Shown one piece after another: positions 1 to 9,797 of a stretch of 64,000 bases of DNA (position 1 is its first letter; the number at the start of each line of letters is the position of its first letter). The stretch comes from Thermodesulfobacteriota bacterium (lineage in GTDB: Bacteria; Desulfobacterota; Desulfobacteria; Desulfobacterales; C00003060): NCBI GenBank assembly GCA_034189385.1, contig JAXHVD010000006.1, positions 1 through 64,000 of the forward strand, in the 5' to 3' direction. The notes under the pieces are model-generated. The model saw only the letters and a list, made by a program, of their open reading frames with translations. It was not told the origin of the DNA and ran no database searches. The position numbers were made by a program, and so were the translations under genes.

Positions 1-119
1 CCTTTGGATATGGTTTTTCTTCGCAGACGAACTCATACCCTTGGAGATACCGGATGTCCATTCTGTTTGATCTCACAGCATTTTTCCCTTATTAGCTACA
101 ACTAAATCGGAGAAGAGCC
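1..119. mobile_element. Terminus of a probable second IS/MITE (IS1595-like inverted repeat) interrupting hamB; runs off the window edge
   Basis: Minus strand from 119 reads GGCTCTTCTCCGATTTAGTTG, nearly identical to the right TIR of the MITE at 7364-7604 (GGGTCTTCTCCAATTTAGTTG). Helicase similarity stops at this point (SGARLKN|MALLRFSCS*). Confidence 0.55.
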
Positions 120-486
120 ATATTTTTTAATCTTGCGCCACTCAGAATAATCTTACTTGGTTTTACCAAGTGCTTTATCTCTTTTAGTACATCATAAAGT
201 ATCTTGGATCGTTGCTCAGATTCATCAGCAACACGTTCAATATTTTGAATTTCATCTACAACAAGAATATCTAATCCTGTGAAGGGGTTTTCGTGATTGA
301 AGGCTGAAATAGCACGCTCTTGAGTGAGTACGTAAATAACATTTTTAGTCCTTTTTTCTTGATAAGAATTGAAAACCTCTATGTCATGCAGGTTGTACTC
401 TCTTTTTAGGTTCGTTAAGTCCTTTGTAACTTGTGAAACCAGGCTGAGAGTCGGAACAATATAAAGAACATAGTCTAAACCCTTAA
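120..486 (-). pseudogene. hamB: Hachiman HamB helicase, middle fragment (motifs Ia, II, III)
   Basis: YIVPTLSL (Ia), VVDEIQ (Walker B), ILSGA (III). Joins in frame to the 1766-2316 fragment once the IS5 and one TTAA are removed (DLILK-GLDY). Confidence 0.8.
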
Positions 487-1765
487 GGGTTTCTCTAATA
501 ATTGACAAAGTATAGGCATTCTGGCACCTAGTTGATAACAGCGTTTTGAATTGCATTATCAAATGATCGAGACAAGGAGCCAAGATGCAAACAGGACTTT
601 TTGACTGGCAATTTCGCTTTGAGAAACTCGAAAAGAATGGAGATCCTCTTCGCCAGCTTAACGAAGTTGTCAATTGGGAGAGCTTTCGCCCCACCCTGAG
701 TGTTGTTCACGACAAGGAACGCAAGAGCAATGCGGGAGCCAAGCCGTACGACGTTGTGATGATGTTTAAAATCCTGGTTATTCAATCGTTGTACAATCTT
801 TCCGACGACGCGGTTGAGTATCAGATACTGGACCGGATTTCCTTTATGCGATTTCTCGGTTTGAGTCTTGGCGATAGGGTTCCAGATGCCAAGACGAGCT
901 GGTTGTTTCGCGAGCAATTGACGAAGGCAAAACTGATCAAGAAATTGTTCAGACAATTTGACCAGTTCCTTCGAAATAGCGGTTTTGCAGCCAAGAAGGG
1001 GCAGATTGTTGACGCCAGTATCGTATCGACGCCAAAACAACGCAACAGCCGTGATGAGAACAAAAGAATCAAGAAAGGCAAAATACCCGAGGACTGGAAC
1101 CAAGCAAAGCGTAGGCAAAAAGACACGGATGCTCGGTGGGTCAAGAAGATGGGTAAAAACCATTACGGTTATAAGAACCATATCAACATTGATGTGAAGA
1201 ACAAATTGATCCGTGACTATGCTGTCACGGATGCTGCGACCCATGATAGCCAGGTGTTTGACGATCTGTTGGATGATGCCAATACGAGCCGAGATGTGTT
1301 TGCGGATTCGGCATACTGGTCCAAAGACAGACTGCAGAGGCTGTCTCAGCGCGGATTTCGAGAGCGCGTTCAAAGAAAAGGATGCCGTCATCAAAAACTG
1401 ACAGAACGAGAAAAGCGTGGCAACCATACAAGATCGAAAACGCGATGCCGAATTGAACATGTTTTCGGTGTTCAAGCAATGATAGCCGGAGATCTGATCC
1501 TGCGAACCATCGGCATAGTTCGAGCCAGAGCCAAAATCGGACTGAGGAACCTGGCCTATAACATCTTGCGATACAAAACGTTGCTCGCTACAGGGTAAGG
1601 ATTGCCCCAAAGCGAATAAAGGTGCCTTAAGGAACTGAAAATTCGCTACGTAATCCGTGAAAATGAAGATTAACATGGTTGAAATGCGATCTCGAATACA
1701 AGAAAGAAGTAATTTTTTCTAGGCACCGAAATTTCTATTCAAAAAAGCGATTTTTAGAGGTGGCC
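487..1765 (+). mobile_element. IS5-family insertion sequence, 1279 bp, TTAA target-site duplication
   Basis: TTAA at 483-486 and 1766-1769; imperfect TIRs GGGTTTCTCTAATAA / GGCCACCTCTAAAAA; excision restores the hamB frame. Confidence 0.9.
585..1598 (+). CDS. IS5-family DDE transposase
   Basis: IVDAS, D-x-DARW, YGYK, ADSAY, RCRIEHVFG motifs typical of IS5 transposases. Confidence 0.95.
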   Translation: MQTGLFDWQFRFEKLEKNGDPLRQLNEVVNWESFRPTLSVVHDKERKSNAGAKPYDVVMMFKILVIQSLYNLSDDAVEYQILDRISFMRFLGLSLGDRVPDAKTSWLFREQLTKAKLIKKLFRQFDQFLRNSGFAAKKGQIVDASIVSTPKQRNSRDENKRIKKGKIPEDWNQAKRRQKDTDARWVKKMGKNHYGYKNHINIDVKNKLIRDYAVTDAATHDSQVFDDLLDDANTSRDVFADSAYWSKDRLQRLSQRGFRERVQRKGCRHQKLTEREKRGNHTRSKTRCRIEHVFGVQAMIAGDLILRTIGIVRARAKIGLRNLAYNILRYKTLLATG

Positions 1766-2316
1766 TTAAGTATTAAATCGACAATTTTCAGGTAGATTAT
1801 AAAGGATTTTCCCGCAGAAGTAGGGGCAGATATCCCCAAGATCTTTTGTTCTTCGATTTTATCCCATAACTTTTTTTGAAATTCTGTCAGGAGGTAGCTT
1901 TTGCCACCTAACACAATTTCATTTTCTAATTGATTGATCAGTATCGATAATTCGCTAAAATAGCTATTTGTTGCTGAATATCTATTATGTAGTTTGTAAT
2001 TATCATCCAATACAATTGAAGACGGCGCCACACCTATTCTTGATAAAACAACCGTAAAGATTTCCCTGAAAGAATTCCTGAAATTTACATTTGAATATTC
2101 CCATATTAGTGAAACCAAAAGAACAACCAACCTTTTTGCAAACGCATTGTTTTCTTTAGATAACTTGTCAATTGTCGAAAGTGCTTTAATCAACAGATTA
2201 AAATCAATGGCTTTTTCATCTCCATTGACCAATCCCATTTTCTTTGCGAAATTCCAGTGCTCTATTTTAAGCAACTGTGCTGCAATTGCTCTGTCTGACA
2301 TAGACAAGCCCCGCAA
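1766..2316 (-). pseudogene. hamB: Hachiman HamB helicase, N-terminal fragment (Q motif, Walker A)
   Basis: LTEFQ and ISAPTSAGKS; directly downstream of hamA; truncated by the IS5. Confidence 0.8.
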
Positions 2317-2321
2317 AGTAT

Positions 2322-3224
2322 TTAACTGGCAAAACTATTGAGAATGGTATCAAAGTTCCAAAAAGGGAAAATTATATAGTGGAATCTTTCTACAATATTA
2401 TTATCAATTCTTTGGAAAATGTTTGGATCAACATCCCTGCACCGATCAAGAATCACTCTTCGAATGTTTTCTTTGATTATCGGCTCATTTGCCCCGTTTA
2501 TTGATTTACTCTCATTGTATGAGATGAGACAAACTAGTTCTATTTTTGTGTTCTCCAAAATACCTTCTTTGAAATGTTCTGCAATAATCTGTAACTCAAC
2601 GTCAACGAATTCATCATAAATATAGAGAAGCAGCTCATCTTGCAGGCCTTCGTATGTTTTGATTATGCTAGACACAGCCTCCCTAAATGCCGTGTTAAAC
2701 TGATACTTTGATGTGTATGCCTTGGCTTCGCCCAAATAGAAAACGTTATCTTTTCCATTTGGTTTGTAATGTATAGCATCTGCACCATATCTTTCCATCC
2801 CCGAGCTTGTAGTTATTGGCATTTTTCTTAATAATGGCGGTGCACGAAAAAAGTATTGTAAAAAATTGAAAAGTAGTAACTCTCCAAACTGCCCCTGATG
2901 CGCATCACGCCTAAATTTCTTTTTAGCTAATGATTCAATATGAGAGGCCGCATTTTGTGGGTCAAGACCGCGTTTTTCCAGTTCTTTATCAAAAAGTTCA
3001 CTGTATCGAGCTTTGCTATAAACCCAATTGCAAATGGTGTTTCTCAGTTCCCTCAAAAAGTCATCTTTTCTTTCTTGGATATCCACATAGTTGATGGCAG
3101 TACCATAGTGGCCTTTACCTGGAGGGTTTGGCAACTCTTCGCTAAACCAAAACACATGACTAATGAACGAATCAGTGTTTGATAGAAGATTTTTAATTCC
3201 CTCTTCATTTAGGGACATAGTCAT
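2322..3224 (-). CDS. hamA: Hachiman HamA (DUF1837) nuclease-fold protein
   Basis: GQFGELLL...K...GADAIH...LGEAK pattern of DUF1837; adjacent to a DEAD/H helicase; AT-rich. Confidence 0.85.
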   Translation of the reverse strand: MTMSLNEEGIKNLLSNTDSFISHVFWFSEELPNPPGKGHYGTAINYVDIQERKDDFLRELRNTICNWVYSKARYSELFDKELEKRGLDPQNAASHIESLAKKKFRRDAHQGQFGELLLFNFLQYFFRAPPLLRKMPITTSSGMERYGADAIHYKPNGKDNVFYLGEAKAYTSKYQFNTAFREAVSSIIKTYEGLQDELLLYIYDEFVDVELQIIAEHFKEGILENTKIELVCLISYNESKSINGANEPIIKENIRRVILDRCRDVDPNIFQRIDNNIVERFHYIIFPFWNFDTILNSFAS

Positions 3225-3528
3225 CCCTTAGCCCATTGTTCCCATACGTTTTCTTCTGAATATTCTGTTTCAACCCACCCGGTAATCAAGATTTACGATG
3301 CAACCTCTGTCTTCCTACGAATCGCCTGTACAATGTGGCCTGGGTTGGGTTGTCTCTGCGTCCGCAAGAAAACAACTAACTCACCGACCACCATAGTCTC
3401 CGCTTTGCGGGACGTCCATGATTTTATCCTTTGCTTAGAATCTCCCTCTTTTTCTAACATGACAATCGCCCTGAGCTGATTTGATGCACGCCCTTCACAT
3501 TTCCACATCCGCCTCGGCCCGCAGCTAC

Positions 3529-3573
3529 AAAAAGAGAAAGCCCCGCCTCTCTTTTAGGAGAAACGGGGCTTTC
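3529..3573 (-). terminator. Rho-independent terminator
   Basis: GAAAGCCCCG / CGGGGCTTTC stem with a U-rich tail on the minus strand. Confidence 0.6.
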
Positions 3574-4160
3574 GCATTTCGTGCATGGCACCCTCTTTGT
3601 CCAGGTTAACGATTTAAAGGAACAAACGAAAATTCGTTACCACAAACGGGTCTTTTTGTCAAGGATTCTAAATGGTAACAAATCGTAGAACTGCCTATTT
3701 CTGGCGCAAAAACTACGATAAGCTACATCGTAAAACTGCGAGAATCTCTCACAGAGCTCACGGAGGCGCAGAGACTTTGATCTGAATCGCTGAGGAGGGC
3801 GATTCAGATCAACAGGCAACGCTACGCGTAACCACTTGATGTCTTAAGCTTTGCAAGTTTTCTTTGGCCTGTTGAACTGGAAACTGAGTCTTCTGGTCAC
3901 AGGAGGAAAGAAGGGCTAGTATCTCACTTTTACCCATTTTAGCTCAAGGTCGTAGACCCGCCGTCCGTTTGGAGGGCTGTTTTGGGTAAAAAAAGTCCCT
4001 TCATCTGCCCTTTCTCCTTGAGCCCTTTCCATAAGAAACGTGACCCTCTTTCACCTCAAAGCCAATCTTGAACTGCCTATATCCGCCACAGACCCACGCC
4101 GACCTACACAGACCTATATGTGGCCTACCTAGCTGAATATGCGACGCATCTGGCGCCTCT

Positions 4161-4216
4161 CGCCCGCTCCCCTTCGACTCCGCTCAGGGTCGCTAGAGCA
4201 CGCAGAGAGCGCGGAG
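4161..4216. repeat. REP-like palindromic repeat (related copy at 7200-7254)
   Basis: CGCCCGCTYCCCTTCGACTYYGCTCAGGGTCGCT is shared with the copy starting at 7200. Confidence 0.7.
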
Positions 4217-4611
4217 ATTCGTTCATGGCTCTGGCAATATTGTCTTTGCGAAAAGCCTCGTTTCCCTTTGTCAAAAGCCCGAGGTGGCAGTTTGAGCGCG
4301 TTTTCCCTTAAGGAAACCGGCTCAGCCCCTCTGAGCCTCCATGCGTTTCGAGAGAGCTCAAGCCTAGCCTAGTGCCAACGCCGTGGCGAGTCAAGATGTT
4401 GTGACTTTTTAGGGGGTTATATAGGCAAATCTTCCCCGATCTGGCCGAAAAAGGGGGGCTGGGTGTAACAAAATGTGACACTTGGAAGGGTTTGGGGGCT
4501 GATTTGGTGTAACATTTTTACACACCTTAAAAAGGGGGAAAATGGGGAAGGCTTGGGGGCCGGTTTTTTGAGATGATGGGTTGCGCGTTGCGAGTTCAAG
4601 GTTCTGAGTTT

Positions 4612-4715
4612 GGGTCGCTGGCCGCTTCGTGATCATTAGCCACAGACAGGCTGGGAGACGGAGATAGGATGAATCGGGGAATCGGAGATCACTGGCGATA
4701 GATGGCAGACGGCAG
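4612..4715 (+). repeat. About 100 bp dispersed repeat; second copy split into 8531-8562 and 9902-9975
   Basis: GGGTCGCTGG(C)CCGCTTCGTGATCATTAGCCA matches 8531-8562; CCACAGAC...GGATGAATCGGGGAA...GATCACTGGCGA matches from 9902. Confidence 0.8.
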
Positions 4716-4815
4716 GTGACAGGGAAAGGAGCCAAAAGGTATCTCCCCTGTGCCGGCTTTCCTTTGCATTTGGATCGCTCATGGGGTATTGACAGGCACC
4801 GAATGTGCAATTGTC

Positions 4816-5793
4816 ATGGACCGTGTCACAGATCCGCCTGAGCATGCCATGGAACGCTCCTTCTTCTCACTAGCCCGCCCGCAACTGATCATCACGATCA
4901 CGCTCCTCCTCTTTCTTCTTGTGGGCTGCCGTCTGTCCGGACAAGGAAAAGAGCCCGACAATCTCCAGCTCTACGATTATCGCGATACCAAACGGTTGGT
5001 GCGCCTCCTGGCTGACGCGGCCTTAGTGCTGGCTGAAGAGGGAAAAGAGGGCTTTGCCCAGTTTCGGCGGGACCGAGAACGTTGGACCTATGAGGATGCC
5101 TATCTCTATGCCTACGACGTGACAGGGAGATGCGTGTTCCATGGGGGGATGCCGGAATTGGAAGGCAAGGAGCTCATGGATGTGGAGGATGCCCAGGGCA
5201 GAAAGAGCCTGCGCATGGCCTTTGCCGCCGTGCAGGATCCGGACAATCCCCATGGCTGGGTCCATTACTGGTGGAACATCCCCAACCGTCTCTATCCGGT
5301 CTGGAAATCCTCATGCCACAGACTGGTCACGTTTCCCGACGGCAAGACCCTCCTTCTGGGAGCCGGCATGGCCAATCTCGCGCAGGAACGGGCCTTTGTT
5401 AAAATCATCGTAGACGGTGCGGCCCGCCAACTGGCCGAAGAAGGGGCTGGTGCACTGGACGACATCAAAGATCCTCTGTCAAAATACAATCTGCCCGGCG
5501 CCTCGATCTTCGTGGTGTCGGAAAGGGGCGACACCCTCATGGCCCCGGCCTTCCGTTTCAGCGCCTCCAGGAATATCTTAGACTATGAAGATGATGCCGG
5601 CCATACCCCGTTGCGGGAAGCGATCGTGCGTCTTCAAGGGGCAACAGAGACCTGGGTGGTGATCCTGGCGCGCAACCCCCAGTCCATGAGCCTGACCAAG
5701 AAGGGATTGTATGTCCGCAAGATCGCCATGGATGGCGAGAGGATCTATGTGGGCGCCACCGCCGATCTACCCAAACCGTCATGGATGAAATAG
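4816..5793 (+). CDS. Double Cache-domain putative lipoprotein (no signalling domain)
   Basis: Lipobox LVGC after a hydrophobic stretch; two Cache-like repeats (YLYAYD..G...D..G...GWVHYWW..P); start codon uncertain. Confidence 0.75.
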   Translation: MDRVTDPPEHAMERSFFSLARPQLIITITLLLFLLVGCRLSGQGKEPDNLQLYDYRDTKRLVRLLADAALVLAEEGKEGFAQFRRDRERWTYEDAYLYAYDVTGRCVFHGGMPELEGKELMDVEDAQGRKSLRMAFAAVQDPDNPHGWVHYWWNIPNRLYPVWKSSCHRLVTFPDGKTLLLGAGMANLAQERAFVKIIVDGAARQLAEEGAGALDDIKDPLSKYNLPGASIFVVSERGDTLMAPAFRFSASRNILDYEDDAGHTPLREAIVRLQGATETWVVILARNPQSMSLTKKGLYVRKIAMDGERIYVGATADLPKPSWMK

Positions 5794-5796
5794 CCG

Positions 5797-7134
5797 ATGC
5801 CACCGCAAAGCAACCTGGTCTATAAACTGGACGACATCCCTCCCTTGGGACCGCTGCTCATGCTGAGTGTCCAGCAGATGATGCTCATGTTCACGGCCGC
5901 CACCTTTCCCGCCCTGATTGTCCGCGAAGTCGGCGGCAGCATGGAGACGGCCAGCACCATCGTCTCCATTACCATGATCGCCGCCGGCCTCGGTTCTATT
6001 CTCCAGGCCCTGCGCAACCGCTGGATCGGCTCTGGTTATCTGTGCCCTAATGTGTGCGGCCCCTCGTACTTGACCGTTTCTCTCCAGGCTGCCTGGATGG
6101 GCGGCTTCCCCCTGATGCGCGGCATGATCATCTTTGCCGGGGTCCTGGAGATGCTCTTTGCCAATGCCGTTCGCAGGCTCCGCTTTCTCTTCCCCCCGGT
6201 GGTCGTGGGACTGGTGGTGGCTTTCGTCGGTATCAACGTGATCTCTGTTTCAATCACCAATTTCTTCGGGCAGGTCTATGCCGGCGACAGTCTCCGCTGG
6301 CAGGAAATGCTCATCGCCGCCATCTCCCTGTTCACCATGGTGGGTTGCAGCCTCTGGGGAAGCCCGGCCCTTAAGCTTTACTGTCTTCTCTGCGGCATCG
6401 CCGCAGGTTGGCTGGCTGCGGCCTTGCTCACGCCCGAAATACTCAGCACCTTGGAACAGGTCCATGCGCAGCCCTTTTTTAGCATCCCCTTCCTCGACGT
6501 GAACCTTCTGGACCTTGCTTTCAGTTGGGAAATGGTGCTGCCCTTTTTCATCATTTCCATCTGCAGCACCCTCAAATCATTCGGCAACATCCTGGCGGCG
6601 CAAAAGATCTCCGAGCCGGAACGGGACGGGGTCGATATGGTCCCCATTGCCAAGGGATTGCTGGCCGATGGCCTGACAACCCTGGCTGCCGGGGCCATGG
6701 GCGGATTGGCCGTGGACACCTCGGCAAGCAACGTGGGGCTCGCCGCCGCGACCCGGTCTGTGAGCCGCTGGATCGCCATTACCGCTGGCATCATCTTCAC
6801 CGTACTGGGGTTTTTCCCAAAACTATCGACCATGATCGCCACGATCCCCAGGCCGGTGGTGGGGGCGTCTCTGGTATTCGCCGTGAGTCTGATGATCTCA
6901 GCGGGGCTTAAAGAGATGTTCTCAGAACCGCTTGATCAACGAAAATCGTTCGTCCTCGGCCTTTCCTGCATCTTCGGCTTGAGTACCGAGTTCGTGCCCA
7001 CCCTCTTTGCCCATCTCCCCACATTCATCCAGCCGCTCTTTGGTTCACCCTTGGCCACGACCACGGTATTTGCCATTTTGCTCTATCAGCTTTTCCACCT
7101 GGATCAGATTCTTGGAAAGACAAAAGGCCCGTGA
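5797..7134 (+). CDS. NCS2 (xanthine/uracil/ascorbate) family permease
   Basis: Multi-TM protein; FPPVVVG, GLLADG, SNVGLAAAT..SR, PRPVVGA motifs. Confidence 0.9.
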   Translation: MPPQSNLVYKLDDIPPLGPLLMLSVQQMMLMFTAATFPALIVREVGGSMETASTIVSITMIAAGLGSILQALRNRWIGSGYLCPNVCGPSYLTVSLQAAWMGGFPLMRGMIIFAGVLEMLFANAVRRLRFLFPPVVVGLVVAFVGINVISVSITNFFGQVYAGDSLRWQEMLIAAISLFTMVGCSLWGSPALKLYCLLCGIAAGWLAAALLTPEILSTLEQVHAQPFFSIPFLDVNLLDLAFSWEMVLPFFIISICSTLKSFGNILAAQKISEPERDGVDMVPIAKGLLADGLTTLAAGAMGGLAVDTSASNVGLAAATRSVSRWIAITAGIIFTVLGFFPKLSTMIATIPRPVVGASLVFAVSLMISAGLKEMFSEPLDQRKSFVLGLSCIFGLSTEFVPTLFAHLPTFIQPLFGSPLATTTVFAILLYQLFHLDQILGKTKGP

Positions 7135-7193
7135 CCAGGGAAGGGTTACCCGTTCAAGGTTTTCCTAATGAGGTCATTGATATTTAGACATCA

Positions 7194-7727
7194 ACTCACC
7201 GCCCGCTTCCCTTCGACTTTGCTCAGGGTCGCTTGAGACGCTAAGGACGCAAAGAAAGGCGTTTTTTGCTTTTCGCTGAGACGCCGAAAAGCAAAAAGCA
7301 ACTTGCCCTTCTGCCAGGACTAATCAGCATCGGTGATCTTTCAGTTCAAGTGTTTTGAAATAAGGTTGTTCTCCCAATTAGTTGGTAAAATGCCGTATTG
7401 CTGGGCACGCAATACCATGTGATATCAACTTATTGCGGTTTTGAAAGAACCTGATGCATCTTGACATAACGCGCACTGCCCGGCTGCGGCGGTCCATTTC
7501 CGACGAGCTCAGAATAGTGGCCCATTCTCTGCGCACCGCCGGTCCGGAAAATGCGCTCATCGGTTTTGAGAGCTAAATTACACCAACTAAATTGGAGAAG
7601 ACCCTGAAATAATTATAAACCTTAGACTTGCCATCCCTTTCTGTTGGCCATAGGCGATAGCTTCTCATGTTTTCCGGCGTCTCAGCGGAAAACATAAAGA
7701 AAACTAGACTTGGCGCTTTGCGGTGAA
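7194..7727. repeat. Composite inverted-repeat (REP/MITE-like) element hosting a nested MITE
   Basis: TTTCGCTGAGACGCCGAAAA (~7271) is inverted relative to TTTCCGGCGTCTCAGCGGAAA (~7670); outer ends CTCACCGC / GCGGTGAA. Confidence 0.6.
7364..7604. mobile_element. 241 bp MITE, IS1595-like, 8 bp target duplication
   Basis: TGAAATAA at 7356-7363 and 7605-7612; TIRs GGTTGTTCTCCCAATTAGTTGGT / GGGTCTTCTCCAATTTAGTTGGT; no transposase. Confidence 0.85.
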
Positions 7728-7742
7728 TGTTTATTTCTACAA

Positions 7743-8478
7743 GGGTCTTGACTAGAACAGGGCTGAAAATATAGCCTAAGCTCCAGTCATGACAGCAAAA
7801 AACCGATATGTAAAACGCGCAAAAATTTCAGAAGCAAAATTTAGGGCTCTAATCCAGCATTTTATTCATGATTTAGACGCCCAAACGATTGCTTCATTGA
7901 TCGGCCTAAACAGGAATACCGTCAATCGGTATTTGGCTCTTATCCGAAACCGTATCGCTGACTTTTGTGATAAACAATCCCCGTTCAAAGGAGAAATTGA
8001 AGTAGATGAATCCTATTTCGGTGCAAAACGCATCAAAGGAAAACGGGGACGAGGGGCCTACAAGAAAACGCCTGTTTTTGGCATTCTCAAAAGAGGCGGT
8101 AAAGTATACACTGAAATCGTCCCTGATTGCGCCAAAGCCACTCTACAAGGCATTATCCGGGGGCGTGTTGACCCTGATAGCATTATCCACTCCGATGGCT
8201 GGCGTGGCTATAATGGGCTTGTAGATCTGGGTTACAAAAAACATTATCGAGTTAGTCATGGAACTGATCAGTTTGTTAAAGGCAAAAGTCACATCAACGG
8301 CATTGAATCCTTCTGGGCATACGCTAAAACAAGACTTATGAAATTTCATGGCATCCCAGATTCTACGTTTTACTTACACTTAAAAGAATGCGAATTCCGG
8401 TTTAACTACCGAAATCAAAACCTATACAAAATATTACTAAAAATGTTCAGGGAAAGGCCCCTGTTCTAGTCAAGACCC
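7743..8478 (+). mobile_element. IS1595-family (IS1016-like) insertion sequence, 736 bp
   Basis: Perfect 20 bp TIR GGGTCTTGACTAGAACAGGG; TSD TTCTACAA at 7735-7742 and 8479-8486. Confidence 0.95.
7789..8469 (+). CDS. IS1595-family transposase
   Basis: EVDESYFG, HSDGWRGY, HINGIESFW, HLKECEFRFN. Confidence 0.95.
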   Translation: MTAKNRYVKRAKISEAKFRALIQHFIHDLDAQTIASLIGLNRNTVNRYLALIRNRIADFCDKQSPFKGEIEVDESYFGAKRIKGKRGRGAYKKTPVFGILKRGGKVYTEIVPDCAKATLQGIIRGRVDPDSIIHSDGWRGYNGLVDLGYKKHYRVSHGTDQFVKGKSHINGIESFWAYAKTRLMKFHGIPDSTFYLHLKECEFRFNYRNQNLYKILLKMFRERPLF

Positions 8479-8663
8479 TTCTACAATTGAGAGACGATGT
8501 CTAACTGTTTTTTGCCGCATTAGTGACTTCGGGTCGCTGGCCCGCTTCGTGATCATTAGCCAGTAGACCCACCCCGGTTGAAGAGTCAGAGATTTAACCC
8601 CAGTACGATAGGGCCTACCTACGGGGCAAGGCGGGGCAGGCGCAGATAATACCTGGAGCCTGA

Positions 8664-9797
8664 TCACAGGATGAATTCTAGGTAGTTTTCCCGGTGCACC
8701 ACCTGGAAGCTGGCCTCGGGATAGCCAGCTTGCCAGGCCTTCGGCGCCTTCTTTGGGCTCTTGTTCCATTTCATCTCGTAGCCGAAGAGACGTCCCTCAC
8801 GCTCTTCCACCAGGTCTATTTCTTGTCTGTCGTAGGTCCTCCAGAAATAGGCATTACTCGCCCGACGCTGATACTCCCTCTTCTTGACGCGCTCTGCCAT
8901 GACATAGTTCTCCCACAACTCCCCCAGATCATTCCGGAGGGACAGGGGATTAAAATTCTGAATCAGGGCGTTACGAATACCGTTGTCAAAGAAGTAGAAT
9001 CGGTGACTCTTGGTGACCTCTTTGCGCAGATTCCTGCTGAAACCGGAAAGCCGGTAGATGACGAAAACCTTCTCCAGCAAGTCCAGATACCTCTCAACCG
9101 TGTTCTTGCTAATGGCCAGCTGTGTTCCAAGTTCATTCAAGGAGACCTCTTTGCCGATTTGAAAGGCCAGAAGTTGGAGTAGCCTGACCAGCTTGTTGGC
9201 GTAACGGATGCCTTCCAGGGCCAATATGTCCTTGAACAGATAGGAGCTGACGATCTCCCGGAGGTATTCTTGGCGTGCCCGATTGTCTCGGCGGGTCACG
9301 ACCTCGGGGTAGGAGCCGTAAATGAGCCGCGATTCACGATTCGCCTTGGTCTCATGTCGATCCTCCATGGTGGAGATCTCCATCTGGGCCAAGGGAAAAA
9401 GTGTGAGCACGAACTTCCTGCCTGTAAGCGGCTCGCCTACATCTTTTGCCAGCTCAAAAGAGGATGACCCGGTGGCGATGACCTTCACGTCGGGGATATG
9501 GTCAATGATGAGCTTAAGGTTCAGTCCGATCTTATCCACATGTTGGGCCTCGTCCACGACCAACAGGGAATGATCCCCCACAAAGTCCCGGAGTTTTTGG
9601 ATGGATCGGCTCTCAAGATACTCCTTTACAACGATATCGTCCCCGTCCACAAAAAGGAGCCTCTCTTCCACATCTCTCACGTACCTCTTCACCAGGGTCG
9701 TCTTGCCCACCTGTCGCGGACCGTATATAACGACCACTTTGCCGGGCGCGACCAGCTTTTGGAGATTGGCCAGGTGTTGTTGGGGGACATAGGACAT
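8664..9797 (-). CDS. AAA+ ATPase (AAA_14) with DUF4143 domain
   Basis: GPRQVGKT, VVDEAQ, ATGSS, EPLTGR, FFDNG, LWENYV, FWRT..QEIDL...EMK. Confidence 0.9.
   Translation of the reverse strand: MSYVPQQHLANLQKLVAPGKVVVIYGPRQVGKTTLVKRYVRDVEERLLFVDGDDIVVKEYLESRSIQKLRDFVGDHSLLVVDEAQHVDKIGLNLKLIIDHIPDVKVIATGSSSFELAKDVGEPLTGRKFVLTLFPLAQMEISTMEDRHETKANRESRLIYGSYPEVVTRRDNRARQEYLREIVSSYLFKDILALEGIRYANKLVRLLQLLAFQIGKEVSLNELGTQLAISKNTVERYLDLLEKVFVIYRLSGFSRNLRKEVTKSHRFYFFDNGIRNALIQNFNPLSLRNDLGELWENYVMAERVKKREYQRRASNAYFWRTYDRQEIDLVEEREGRLFGYEMKWNKSPKKAPKAWQAGYPEASFQVVHRENYLEFIL

Noticed and set aside
487..694. N-terminal part of ORF 92..694
   Set aside because: Read-through into IS5 sequence; only 120-486 is helicase.
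528..1676. 382 aa minus-strand ORF
   Set aside because: Antisense shadow of the IS5 transposase; no recognisable motifs.
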